A stretch of 64,000 bases of DNA, taken from the IMG/VR virus record IMGVR_UViG_3300031957_001236; one strand, given 5' to 3'. The position numbers were made by a program, and so were the translations under genes. Positions within the stretch are counted from its first letter, which is position 1; every line of letters starts with the position of its first letter. Below are positions 34,982-44,178 of the stretch, piece after piece. The notes beneath the pieces are model-generated. The model saw only the letters and a list, made by a program, of their open reading frames with translations. It had not been told where the DNA came from and did not search any database. Source of the DNA: an uncultured virus (IMG/VR IMGVR_UViG_3300031957_001236). Taxonomy: Duplodnaviria > Heunggongvirae > Uroviricota > Caudoviricetes.

Positions 34982-35605
34982 TCATCGCATTAGCTTGAGC
35001 ATTTCTTCGGTTAAGAACTGGTTTCCCATACTTTCCAGTCGTTCATCCTCAACCTCTTCGTCTACATTGTTAGAAACGACTACGGCCTGTTCTGTAGACT
35101 CAAACAGCATAGTCTCCTTTTCTTCCACTAAAGTCTGGACGCTTTCAGTGAGGCTTTGAATCTCATTCTCACGCTTGGCAACCTTTGATTCTAGTAGTTG
35201 AATTGTTTTGGCAAGACGCTCTTGCTCTTTTAGTGACTCAGAAAGCTCACGGGCAAGGACTTCGTTGTCCTCTACAAGCTCACTAGCCTCAGACAATCTC
35301 TTCTCGCTCTCAGCATCAATGTGCTCAGGACGATACTCGACAGCCATGTAGCCCATAAGCTCACGGAATCTTTGTGCATCACGATAAACATCATTGGACT
35401 CATGAAGCTCTTCAAGAGCAGCTTCTTGAATCTGTTGACGCTTCATGGATAGGTAAGCGAAAACCTTGTCGGTAAGTTCACCAACTTCTTCCTGTACTCT
35501 TTCCTCAATTAAACTCTGCATGACATTTGCGATTTCAACAATTGTTTCCTCGCTAATACCCTCAGGGAGTAGTTGGGAGATGTCGTTTATTTTATTTTCA
35601 TCCAT
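34982..35605 (-). CDS. Prohead scaffolding protein, gp22-like
   Basis: Acidic coiled coil between protease and capsid genes; multiple L/I/V-x-E sites. Confidence 0.75.
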   Translation of the reverse strand: MDENKINDISQLLPEGISEETIVEIANVMQSLIEERVQEEVGELTDKVFAYLSMKRQQIQEAALEELHESNDVYRDAQRFRELMGYMAVEYRPEHIDAESEKRLSEASELVEDNEVLARELSESLKEQERLAKTIQLLESKVAKRENEIQSLTESVQTLVEEKETMLFESTEQAVVVSNNVDEEVEDERLESMGNQFLTEEMLKLMR

Positions 35606-35672
35606 GATTGTACTCCAATCTATTGTTATCTATAGATGTATTATAGACTTGTTCGTTTTTTACTATTTTTTC

Positions 35673-36914
35673 TCACTTACCCTCAGAAGCTTTAGCTACT
35701 GCGGCAGCTATCTCTTGTGGGGACTTACCTTGAGCAACCATTCTTTTTCTAAGTTCGCCAACTGCTTTGATTCTATCCTTAATGGCTTGCTCGCTTTTAG
35801 CACCGTAAGGGTTGCCTTGCTCCTTGAGAAGACCTTTAAGCTTGAGCATTGAAGTGTTCTCAGTCGCTAGTCTAGCAGCACCAGAACCTAAAGCCTTTGA
35901 AGCAGCGCCTGCGACGGCACTTTTTGCCTTGTAGAACTTAGAGCTAACAGCTTTCTTAGCGGCAGTACCTAAACCTTGAAGGTGCTTTTTAACAGATCCA
36001 GTGTACTTCTTAGCCTTAAGTGTCTGAGTAACACCAGCCTTTCTTTGAGCAGAAGTTTTTTGGTTTCTAGAAGCAGCATCGCTTGCAGACTTAGCAGCAG
36101 AACCTAGTGCTGCACTAGCACCAGACTTGAGGCTTTTCTTTACACCACCGCCAGACTGTAAAGTTCTACCTGCTGCTCTAGCGCCAGCAGCGCCTGCTCT
36201 ACCAGCGGCTTCGGCTCCTCTCAAAGCAGACCTAGCAGCACCGAAGGCTGCTCTCTTAGCAAGAGCGCCAAGTGCCTCATCAATTTCACTCTGTCTTTGT
36301 CTTTCAACCTTAGCTTCATCAAGACGATCTCTAAGAAGTGTAGTGAAAACCTTCTCCTTAGTTACGCGAGGAAGAATATCGTTCATAATCTCTTCTACGA
36401 GTACGCTTTGACGAGACTCAGCAAGAGATGGGAAGGCACCACGGGTGGAAGGATCAGCAACAAGGTCCCAGGTAATAAGGCGGAAGTCCTCGTTGACATA
36501 ACGCTTACCATCCTGACCCTCAGAAAGAGTACCCATACCGCGAGAGGAAATACCTATCTGAACGCCACCCTCGATAAGTGCTCTAGCAACCTTACCCATG
36601 GGAGTGTCGAGGATCTCAGCCTCACCGATGATTTCATTACCCTTAGCCTCAAGCTTGGTGATAAGGTGAGAGACCTGAGAAAGCTTAACGCTATCATGCT
36701 GTGGGTGGTCAAGCTCGCCCATAAGTCTACGGTTCTTCATAGACTCCTCAAGCTTCTCGATCTCACGGCAAAGAAGCTCCTTGGGATAAATACGCTTGTT
36801 GTTGTTCTCTTCGTCAGCACGCTGGAAAACCCCACGAACTTTCATGGGACCAGTCTTACCCTCGTTGAGGACCTGTAAGTTTTCGATAATGAATACATCT
36901 TCTAGTAACATCAT
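35673..36914 (-). CDS. Prohead protease, gp21-like, with long basic C-terminal extension
   Basis: GVFQRADEENNNKRIYP, MGELDHP, VSHLIT, ILDTPMG, GISSRGMG, WDLVADPSTRGAF. Confidence 0.93.
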   Translation of the reverse strand: MMLLEDVFIIENLQVLNEGKTGPMKVRGVFQRADEENNNKRIYPKELLCREIEKLEESMKNRRLMGELDHPQHDSVKLSQVSHLITKLEAKGNEIIGEAEILDTPMGKVARALIEGGVQIGISSRGMGTLSEGQDGKRYVNEDFRLITWDLVADPSTRGAFPSLAESRQSVLVEEIMNDILPRVTKEKVFTTLLRDRLDEAKVERQRQSEIDEALGALAKRAAFGAARSALRGAEAAGRAGAAGARAAGRTLQSGGGVKKSLKSGASAALGSAAKSASDAASRNQKTSAQRKAGVTQTLKAKKYTGSVKKHLQGLGTAAKKAVSSKFYKAKSAVAGAASKALGSGAARLATENTSMLKLKGLLKEQGNPYGAKSEQAIKDRIKAVGELRKRMVAQGKSPQEIAAAVAKASEGK

Positions 36915-37348
36915 TTACCTTCCTTTTTTTGTTTCTTTTCTCGGCGGGCTTTTGCCGTTAGTTTGACGGCCTTACCTTGACCGTGCTTCACTTTCGTTCT
37001 AGCAGCGTGGCTCTTAATACTGTCCCATGAAGCTTTGGGAGTTGCACTTCCAGGAGTAAATCCTTTTGCGGTTTTTCCTGATACCCTTTGCTGCTTACTC
37101 TTTCCCCAACCTTTCGCTGTAGTAACATACATTCTGTAGGAACCATCAGTTGAGAATATAGTTCCAGGACTCGTCTTAGAGAGAGCCTGTTTTATGGTGT
37201 CATAAACAGGAACCCTACTCTTTCTAGAGGTTGTCTTCTTCCTTGTCCTATAGTTGCCTCTCCCACCGGGATAGCGTTTGTCACTTTTTTCATCGACCCT
37301 TTGAGGATCTTCTCCCCTTAGGGTTCTTAGCATTGAAACCAAGTCCAT
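36911..37348 (-). CDS. Highly basic putative internal head/DNA-binding protein
   Basis: Short leader ending RVDE, then a Lys/Arg-rich body. Confidence 0.6.
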   Translation of the reverse strand: MDLVSMLRTLRGEDPQRVDEKSDKRYPGGRGNYRTRKKTTSRKSRVPVYDTIKQALSKTSPGTIFSTDGSYRMYVTTAKGWGKSKQQRVSGKTAKGFTPGSATPKASWDSIKSHAARTKVKHGQGKAVKLTAKARREKKQKKEGK

Positions 37349-37721
37349 TATGTGCTCCTCCCATTCCTGTGGTTGTAGTTCCTACTGTCATCTCTTGAAG
37401 GAGAGACTTAAGGTGCCTGACTGTCTTAGCGATTTCTTCTTTCAGTTCTTTCTTACTTCTTTCAGGCTTTTCAGGATTTTTAATAACATTTTGTGGATCC
37501 GTTGCCACAGTAGCTGCACGACCAGCCTTCTCCTGAATACCAAAAGATTCAGCTAGAACTGAGTTTACCTGATCTTGTGATACAGGTACTTCCTCAATGT
37601 CAGGGACATTACCAGGAAGAGTCTTCTTTTTAGGTGTAGATGCAGGAGTAGGAGAACCCTGCTCAAGAAGCATTTGAGCAAAGTCTCCTATCCCTAAGCC
37701 ACTATCCTTAAGAGAAGCCAT
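37290..37721 (-). CDS. Putative prohead core protein
   Basis: In the gp67/68 position upstream of the protease; LLE, LAE and LQE sites. Confidence 0.5.
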   Translation of the reverse strand: MASLKDSGLGIGDFAQMLLEQGSPTPASTPKKKTLPGNVPDIEEVPVSQDQVNSVLAESFGIQEKAGRAATVATDPQNVIKNPEKPERSKKELKEEIAKTVRHLKSLLQEMTVGTTTTGMGGAHNGLGFNAKNPKGRRSSKGR

Positions 37722-37726
37722 TGTTA

Positions 37727-38140
37727 TCAGCAGCTTTCGCCGTCTTTGTCCATGGCCTTAGCAGGCTTCTTCTTGGATTTCTTCATCTTGTAGGCTTCGA
37801 TAAGCTCTACAACATCAACAAGCTCGTCTTCATCAAGACCTTCAAGGAGGTCAACCTCTTCAGCTTCCTCTTCGGTAGCCTCTTCTTCGGCTAGAAGCTC
37901 AACCTCTTGGAAAAGCTCTGCCATTTGGTTAGCGTGCTCAAGAAGAGCCTCGTCTGAAAGCTCCTCCTCAAGGGTGGACTCGCAAAGAGGGCAGGTGTGA
38001 GCCTCAGGAGCAGTCTCCTCGGCCTTAGCTTCTTCGATGACCTCTTGCTCCTGAACGGGAGCAACGGACTCTGTAAGTAAACCAGCCTTCTTCCAGGCTG
38101 CGGTGCCGAGTACGGCTTCTCTTAATTGATCTCTGTTCAT
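37727..38140 (-). CDS. Acidic prohead core protein (gp67-like) with CPLC knuckle
   Basis: Very Glu-rich; HTCPLC; start MNRDQL at 38140 follows AGGAG. Confidence 0.55.
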   Translation of the reverse strand: MNRDQLREAVLGTAAWKKAGLLTESVAPVQEQEVIEEAKAEETAPEAHTCPLCESTLEEELSDEALLEHANQMAELFQEVELLAEEEATEEEAEEVDLLEGLDEDELVDVVELIEAYKMKKSKKKPAKAMDKDGESC

Positions 38141-38218
38141 AATAAACTCCTGACGGTTCAACCGTCTGTAGATATGTATACTCAGTTAAATTTAATTGAT
38201 GATTTTTCCTTTTTTTTG

Positions 38219-39103
38219 TTACCCTTCTAGGTTTGGTATAGACCCATCAAACACCACAATACCTAGAGTAGTGCTCTTGGAACCAGACTCGTTCTTAACA
38301 GTAAAGACTGTTCCTTGGAATCCATTTCTAACCCAGGTAGTATCTCCATCAAAAATGAAATACCTTTCGTAATTTGCTTCAGTGGGGGTTCCCTCTATTA
38401 AACCTATTTGATTAGTTGGAACATTTCCAAAGCTAGGGAATCCTACTGTAGCTAGTCCTCCTAGAACAACCTCACTATTAGCATCTCCGAATCCAACAGT
38501 AGAGCCTACATCGGTTTTAGTAGCTAGGTCTAGATCAGGAATATCAAAAGCTTCATTAGATGAGAACTCTAAAGAAGGAGTTAGCTCTGTCCCTATGAAT
38601 GTAAGATCATTAACAGACTGTATATCATTCCACTCCTTATTCTCTGGTTTGATATACATTCCAGGAGAACCTGTAATCATTATGATAAGATCGTATGGGT
38701 AAGAGAACCCTATAGGTGCAGCTGGAGAAGTTAGTGGTGCCTGTACTGTTCCTCCGTCCTGTCTGATTTGAGCCTGACCATTACCAAATACATTTGGGCT
38801 GGCTTGTATTGTTTCTGCGCCACAAGCTCTGGCATCGTGGAATCTGTGGACTGGGTATCCTCCTGCAAATATGTTTGTACTACCTTCAGACGGGCCTGAT
38901 GCAACCCCTCCTAGACCCAAAGGATGAACCACTCCTGGAGGGGGTTTATACACTAAATCAGTTGAAGCTCCTTGAGGTCCTAGGGTTCCTGGCCCAGCTA
39001 TGGCAATAGGCAATCCATTTACTGTCACTGTATCATAAACAGCAGTGGTTATGGCTCCCCCTCCGTGATCTGAGGTATCTCCTTGTCTGGCTATCTTAGG
39101 CAT
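38219..39103 (-). CDS. PAAR-type spike tip protein (gp5.4-like) with C-terminal extension
   Basis: MPKIARQGD..DHGG, VTVNGLPIA, VHRFHDARACG...ASPNVF. Confidence 0.8.
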   Translation of the reverse strand: MPKIARQGDTSDHGGGAITTAVYDTVTVNGLPIAIAGPGTLGPQGASTDLVYKPPPGVVHPLGLGGVASGPSEGSTNIFAGGYPVHRFHDARACGAETIQASPNVFGNGQAQIRQDGGTVQAPLTSPAAPIGFSYPYDLIIMITGSPGMYIKPENKEWNDIQSVNDLTFIGTELTPSLEFSSNEAFDIPDLDLATKTDVGSTVGFGDANSEVVLGGLATVGFPSFGNVPTNQIGLIEGTPTEANYERYFIFDGDTTWVRNGFQGTVFTVKNESGSKSTTLGIVVFDGSIPNLEG

Positions 39104-42100
39104 TAGGGTATTGGCTCTGGTTCTTCGGATTCAGGATCTATATCCAGTCGCTTAATACTAATGGTTGGTATTACATAATCTCTAATGTCATCAATATCTA
39201 GCTTGGGGACCTCAGAAACCTTAGGATATCTTGACGCTACTGTTGGGTTTTCTGCGAACTTACCCAGGAACAGTTTGGACTTTACATCCTCCCAATCCTT
39301 AAACTCAGTAAGGAGTAGGGCTTTTCTTTCAAAAGGAGTTAGAGACTGATAGATACTAGCCCATGAAACCGTATCACCTTTCTTGTTAACAAACTCGGTT
39401 CCTCCTGTCTGTAGATCACTCATGATCTTAAACAGCTTCTTTCCTGGTAGCTCTCTACGAGGAAGGGGTTCTTCATCTGTTTTATAAGGGTGTATGGCTC
39501 CTTTAACATTGTCTTTTTTGAATCTATATGCAGACTGCTCATTAGTAGGAACATCTCCTACCGCTCCAACACCATAGCCCGTGGCTCTTTCTAGAAGAGG
39601 GTGACTAAGAGAAGTCTTATGCTCAGAAGGTTTTGGGTTGAGTCTGAATATAATCTCTCTTTCGTTGAACTTCGTCTGATACGATCTAGATCTACCAAAC
39701 ATTAGATCATCTCGGTCAGTAGGAACGATGCCTATATGCCATGGAATTCTTCTTGGGAATATAGGAAGATTATCATAACCTTGGAATACATCTAAGCTGA
39801 AATCTTCAAACTCTAACAAGGCTTCACCTTTTGCTTCTAAGTGATCGAATAGTGGATCTTCATGATCGACATAGAATTGCATATAAGGGAACGGTTTGTG
39901 CTTAACCCACTCGTTAATCTGCTCCTCATCTTCCATCAATTCAAAAGTTGCCTGAGTATGTCTTACTAAAGCACTTCTTCTAGGTTGATCTTCTAGAGTC
40001 TCAGGTAATAACTTCATAATGTACACATCAGATCTAGCTGTTGAAGTATCATAGGTTTCTTCGATCAATCTAACCTCAGCGGAATCTACGGTCATGCGAA
40101 CCTCATAAGGCTCATTTAGTTTGTACATTATCTTTGAAAGGTCATCGTAATTAGTTATCAGAGCCTTGTCTTTGTCTGAAGCTATTTCAAAGGTGGCAGC
40201 ACTAGTTGGATACCTGTCTCCATCATTAATATAAGTAATGTGTCCAGTCTGATCTGCTTCGTACAAAGTAATACTGTCATCACTAGAAACAGAAACATCT
40301 TGGACTGTACCGTCTGCTTTTATAACCTCTAGTCTCTTATTAACATCGGGAGCTATAACCTTCCATAATCTCATCTGCTCCTTCTCATCATCGTTAGCGT
40401 ACTTTCTATGGTCTAGCTCCCTTCCCACATTCACAGCGAAGTTGATAGCGTCCGCTTCGTTACCTGTTGAGTATACTCTAGCTTTGATATCTTCTTCTCG
40501 TTGACAGTCCTCAAGTAGTCTTATGATAAAATCAGTTCCTACTTTATCTAACCTATTCGTTATGATAAGTTCCCTGATGTAAATAAGTATCTCTTTCTTT
40601 AAATCAGTTCCGTCAGGATACCTAGCATTTTCAAGAAGCTTCTTTATATTAAAGTTCAAGCTTCTCTCTATGTTTATAAGAGGAAGACTTCCATAGGGAA
40701 GATCCGAGAATGGAAGCCTGCCCTGGTTCATCTCATGGACGGACTTAATGTAAAGATGTACGGTGTCTGCGAAGAGGTCACTAGGTAGGTCACCTCTGTT
40801 TGAAGGAAGGAATTCATACGCCTTAGGGTCTCTGTACTTTCTGTTGCTGACAGTAGGATCAAATACCGCCTCCCTATCATTAAATGCGTACTCCCTTCTT
40901 ACCTTACTGCCATCAGGGTTGAATGTAAAGTATACTGTAGGATCGTCCTGTTGACCTCCAAAGTTTATTCCTGTAGCATCTACATCCAAACCTCCTCCAG
41001 TAAGATCTACCCCCTTACTACTTGATCCGAAGCTACCGTCAGAACCTATAGGTGTAGTGTTACTATCGCTACAGTAGCTATTACATTGGTTCTCTACTGC
41101 ATAGTACCAAAGCTCCTCAGATGTTCCTGGAGGAGTATACCCGAATTGCCCAGTAGTAGGACATGCCTCAAAAGGAAGCGAGTTCAAGTATATGTAGAAC
41201 TTTACACATGGTAAGTTCTCACCTAAGCATCTCCATACTTCGCACGATTCCTGACTAACTGTGGGAGGATCAACATCGCTATTAATCGTAGATGTTCTTG
41301 GGGAAGTTTTTCCAGGATCGGAATCGTAATAATCTCTACACAGAAGATCACATCTACTTGGGTTGAAGAAGTAGGGGGTATCCTGGTATGCGAACACTCT
41401 ATTCGAGGTTGATGGTGGACATACAGAATAGTTAGATCCCGTTGCTTGGTTTATCTGAGATAGTCTAAGTTCAGCTTGATCGCAAGGTATTCCGTTTGGT
41501 CCACAAGTATAAACATCACAATAAACAGGACCCTGTGCATCACCTAAGGATTGATCATCACGAACCCCTATAACTATTGGATCTGTAATGATATCATAAT
41601 CTCCTGCATCAACATCGAAGCACTTAATAGTGCATCTTTGCTGACTCCAATAGAGCTTCTCTCCATTGAAAGTGACTGTTTTTCTAGATTGTGGAGATAG
41701 ACACCCTGTCAAATTGGCACCTTGAAGGTTAAGATCTGAGATAGGTATAGACAAGGGTTCGCAGAAGCCTAAGGCACATCTATAAAGATCACAGTTGGCA
41801 AGGACACCTCCACCAGGATCAGTCTCAAAACCTCCTGTAGCATCAACTCCGACAACACCGTCACCACATTGCGTAGTGTTGTTACATCTTTGTTTATTTT
41901 TAAAGAAGGTTATTCCATTTGAATTAAAGCTAGGTGGAAGCTGATCGCATGTTTGATATATGCCTCCGTTTATAGAGGATATCAGTCTGTTAAACTGTTC
42001 GCAATCTTGTCCGTCAATGCAGGCGTATACTTGACATACTACACTTCCGTTATCATCTAGTCCCGTACCTGTAGGAGGGCCAGCGGTTATGCAGTCATTA

Positions 42101-44175
42101 TTACAGTTTGAATCTGTATAATACTTAGCCCCGTTGTATATGATCTCACCACCTAAAGCATCGTCAATGTAACTACAAGACACAATGCCTAGTTGTAAAG
42201 GTGTTTTAGCTGTTGATAAGCACTGAGAGTTTACACACCTGAAGAGGTTACAGAAATCATCTAAGACTCCTCCTTGACCTTCATCAAAATCAAAGTCTAT
42301 TCCTGTGGCATCAATAGGATCACAAACAGCATCACATACTAGCTTTTCTTTATAGTAAAGATTTTGTCCTATGGCAATTGTAGTAGGTAGGGAATCACAG
42401 GTAGGATAGATAGCCGAGTTCCACAGAAGATCTATCTCATTGCATTCTCCTTCTACCTGATCGCAGAGATACATTGGACACGATATGTCAGGAAGTATGT
42501 CTACATTATCAGGGCTTGCACATATGTTATCACAGGTATTTTTAAACTTGTAATATGTCTGTCCTTGAGAAAGGAACAGGTTTGGTATGGTATCACAACT
42601 GGTATGTGACCCAGGTATATCTAGAATGTTTAGATTAACTAAACCACAAGGCTGTCCTACTGGAGCGCATCTATAAACTGGGCAGTAAGTTCCTGGATCA
42701 ACTCCTGTTGTGGTGGGGTCTATGCCCTCACAGAAGTTATTGCACTGTGTTAGGTTCTTAAAGGTAAGCTGACCGTTTAGATCAAAGCTTCCTGGAAGGC
42801 TTTGGCAGTCTGATCCTGTGGAGGGTACATCGCTTCTAGGGAATGTTACTGGCAAACAAGATCCTAAGGATTCCTTGCACTGATACCCTGTACAGATTTG
42901 TTCACAAGAATCATTGCAATCACTAGAACCGTAATAAGTCTCTCCACCTTGAACAACAAAAGCTCCAGCAGGAGGACAGTCTATATTGTTAGGTTGGAAT
43001 TGAGCGGGTAAACAGTTACCTTCAACGCACTTGAAAGCGTCACATGGACAGTTATTAAGGCACTGAGCGTTAGTGGTGTAATAACCATACTGAGCGGCCA
43101 CCTGATTTATAAGTGTGCAAGTGGCCTGTTGAGGGTTGTTTAGGTTAAACAGTATGGCCCAGTCAGCAGCAGTTTTATACTCAGCATCACAGTCATAGTT
43201 ACCCATGCACTTGTATAGTCTACACAGTTGCTGAGAAGGTGTTAATGGACCTCCTGGAGTTATAGGGCCACCGCCTCCACCTCCACCGCCTCCACCAATG
43301 CAGATATCATCACAAACATCTTTGTTTATGTACACCCCAGGTATTACCTGAGCACCCGCTGAACCTGTAGAAGTAGGACAATCATTTCCTGCCCATCCAC
43401 CTTGTTGGAGGAGAGCCAAAGACATATTTGCTAGGAAGCATGGAGTGTTTGGAATCTCGCATAGGTATACAGGGCATAGCTTATCACGATCATCTCCAGG
43501 AGGACCTACGACAGGAGGATTTCCACAACACTTACCTCCAGTAGGGCCACCTAGGTTTTTACACTTCGCATTAGATCTCCACAACCCTCCTGCTTCTTGT
43601 GGTCCATTCTGATCCCAGAACTCGTTGCAATCTTTGTAGCAGTTTGATTGCACTGCTCCACATTTAGGAATATCGTATGGGATAGGCTCTAAATCGCAAG
43701 TATGAATACCACAAGACTGGTTTGGGTTATTGCATGACCACCCGTTGCAGTTTATATTTCCGCAGCAAGACTCACAAGCATTTTGGTCTGAGAATAGTTG
43801 CTGTCCTTGCAACCCTACTAAAGCGGCTACACAATTAGCACCAGCGTCCGTAGAAGGATTACCTCCAGTATCACACGCTCCTACATTAGTTGCTAAATAA
43901 GGGCAGGCGTCTGGATTGTTATACTCAGAAGGATCTATAAGACCTGGGCATGAAGTTATAATATCATTCCTGCTTACAGGGATAGTTATGCATCCTTCCC
44001 CAGCTTGAAGACAAGCTTTATAAGGACAGTCACCTGGATAAGTTACATCACCACGATCATCGTCATCGTCGTTACCACCACCAAATCCACCACAACAGTC
44101 AGGAGGGGGAGGTCCTACTGTAACATCTCCCCTTCCTGCAAGTTTAAGAATACAGTTGGTAAATACTGAAGCCAT
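39103..44175 (-). CDS. Very large cysteine-repeat protein, probably virion-associated
   Basis: 1690 aa; about 13 Cys modules followed by an almost Cys-free C-terminal domain; within the tail operon. Confidence 0.7.
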   Translation of the reverse strand: MASVFTNCILKLAGRGDVTVGPPPPDCCGGFGGGNDDDDDRGDVTYPGDCPYKACLQAGEGCITIPVSRNDIITSCPGLIDPSEYNNPDACPYLATNVGACDTGGNPSTDAGANCVAALVGLQGQQLFSDQNACESCCGNINCNGWSCNNPNQSCGIHTCDLEPIPYDIPKCGAVQSNCYKDCNEFWDQNGPQEAGGLWRSNAKCKNLGGPTGGKCCGNPPVVGPPGDDRDKLCPVYLCEIPNTPCFLANMSLALLQQGGWAGNDCPTSTGSAGAQVIPGVYINKDVCDDICIGGGGGGGGGGPITPGGPLTPSQQLCRLYKCMGNYDCDAEYKTAADWAILFNLNNPQQATCTLINQVAAQYGYYTTNAQCLNNCPCDAFKCVEGNCLPAQFQPNNIDCPPAGAFVVQGGETYYGSSDCNDSCEQICTGYQCKESLGSCLPVTFPRSDVPSTGSDCQSLPGSFDLNGQLTFKNLTQCNNFCEGIDPTTTGVDPGTYCPVYRCAPVGQPCGLVNLNILDIPGSHTSCDTIPNLFLSQGQTYYKFKNTCDNICASPDNVDILPDISCPMYLCDQVEGECNEIDLLWNSAIYPTCDSLPTTIAIGQNLYYKEKLVCDAVCDPIDATGIDFDFDEGQGGVLDDFCNLFRCVNSQCLSTAKTPLQLGIVSCSYIDDALGGEIIYNGAKYYTDSNCNNDCITAGPPTGTGLDDNGSVVCQVYACIDGQDCEQFNRLISSINGGIYQTCDQLPPSFNSNGITFFKNKQRCNNTTQCGDGVVGVDATGGFETDPGGGVLANCDLYRCALGFCEPLSIPISDLNLQGANLTGCLSPQSRKTVTFNGEKLYWSQQRCTIKCFDVDAGDYDIITDPIVIGVRDDQSLGDAQGPVYCDVYTCGPNGIPCDQAELRLSQINQATGSNYSVCPPSTSNRVFAYQDTPYFFNPSRCDLLCRDYYDSDPGKTSPRTSTINSDVDPPTVSQESCEVWRCLGENLPCVKFYIYLNSLPFEACPTTGQFGYTPPGTSEELWYYAVENQCNSYCSDSNTTPIGSDGSFGSSSKGVDLTGGGLDVDATGINFGGQQDDPTVYFTFNPDGSKVRREYAFNDREAVFDPTVSNRKYRDPKAYEFLPSNRGDLPSDLFADTVHLYIKSVHEMNQGRLPFSDLPYGSLPLINIERSLNFNIKKLLENARYPDGTDLKKEILIYIRELIITNRLDKVGTDFIIRLLEDCQREEDIKARVYSTGNEADAINFAVNVGRELDHRKYANDDEKEQMRLWKVIAPDVNKRLEVIKADGTVQDVSVSSDDSITLYEADQTGHITYINDGDRYPTSAATFEIASDKDKALITNYDDLSKIMYKLNEPYEVRMTVDSAEVRLIEETYDTSTARSDVYIMKLLPETLEDQPRRSALVRHTQATFELMEDEEQINEWVKHKPFPYMQFYVDHEDPLFDHLEAKGEALLEFEDFSLDVFQGYDNLPIFPRRIPWHIGIVPTDRDDLMFGRSRSYQTKFNEREIIFRLNPKPSEHKTSLSHPLLERATGYGVGAVGDVPTNEQSAYRFKKDNVKGAIHPYKTDEEPLPRRELPGKKLFKIMSDLQTGGTEFVNKKGDTVSWASIYQSLTPFERKALLLTEFKDWEDVKSKLFLGKFAENPTVASRYPKVSEVPKLDIDDIRDYVIPTISIKRLDIDPESEEPEPIP

Positions 44176-44178
44176 GTA

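Noticed and set aside
43266..43296. CCA/CCT/CCG triplet run
   Set aside because: Simply encodes a poly-Gly linker in the Cys-repeat protein; not a CRISPR or DNA-level repeat
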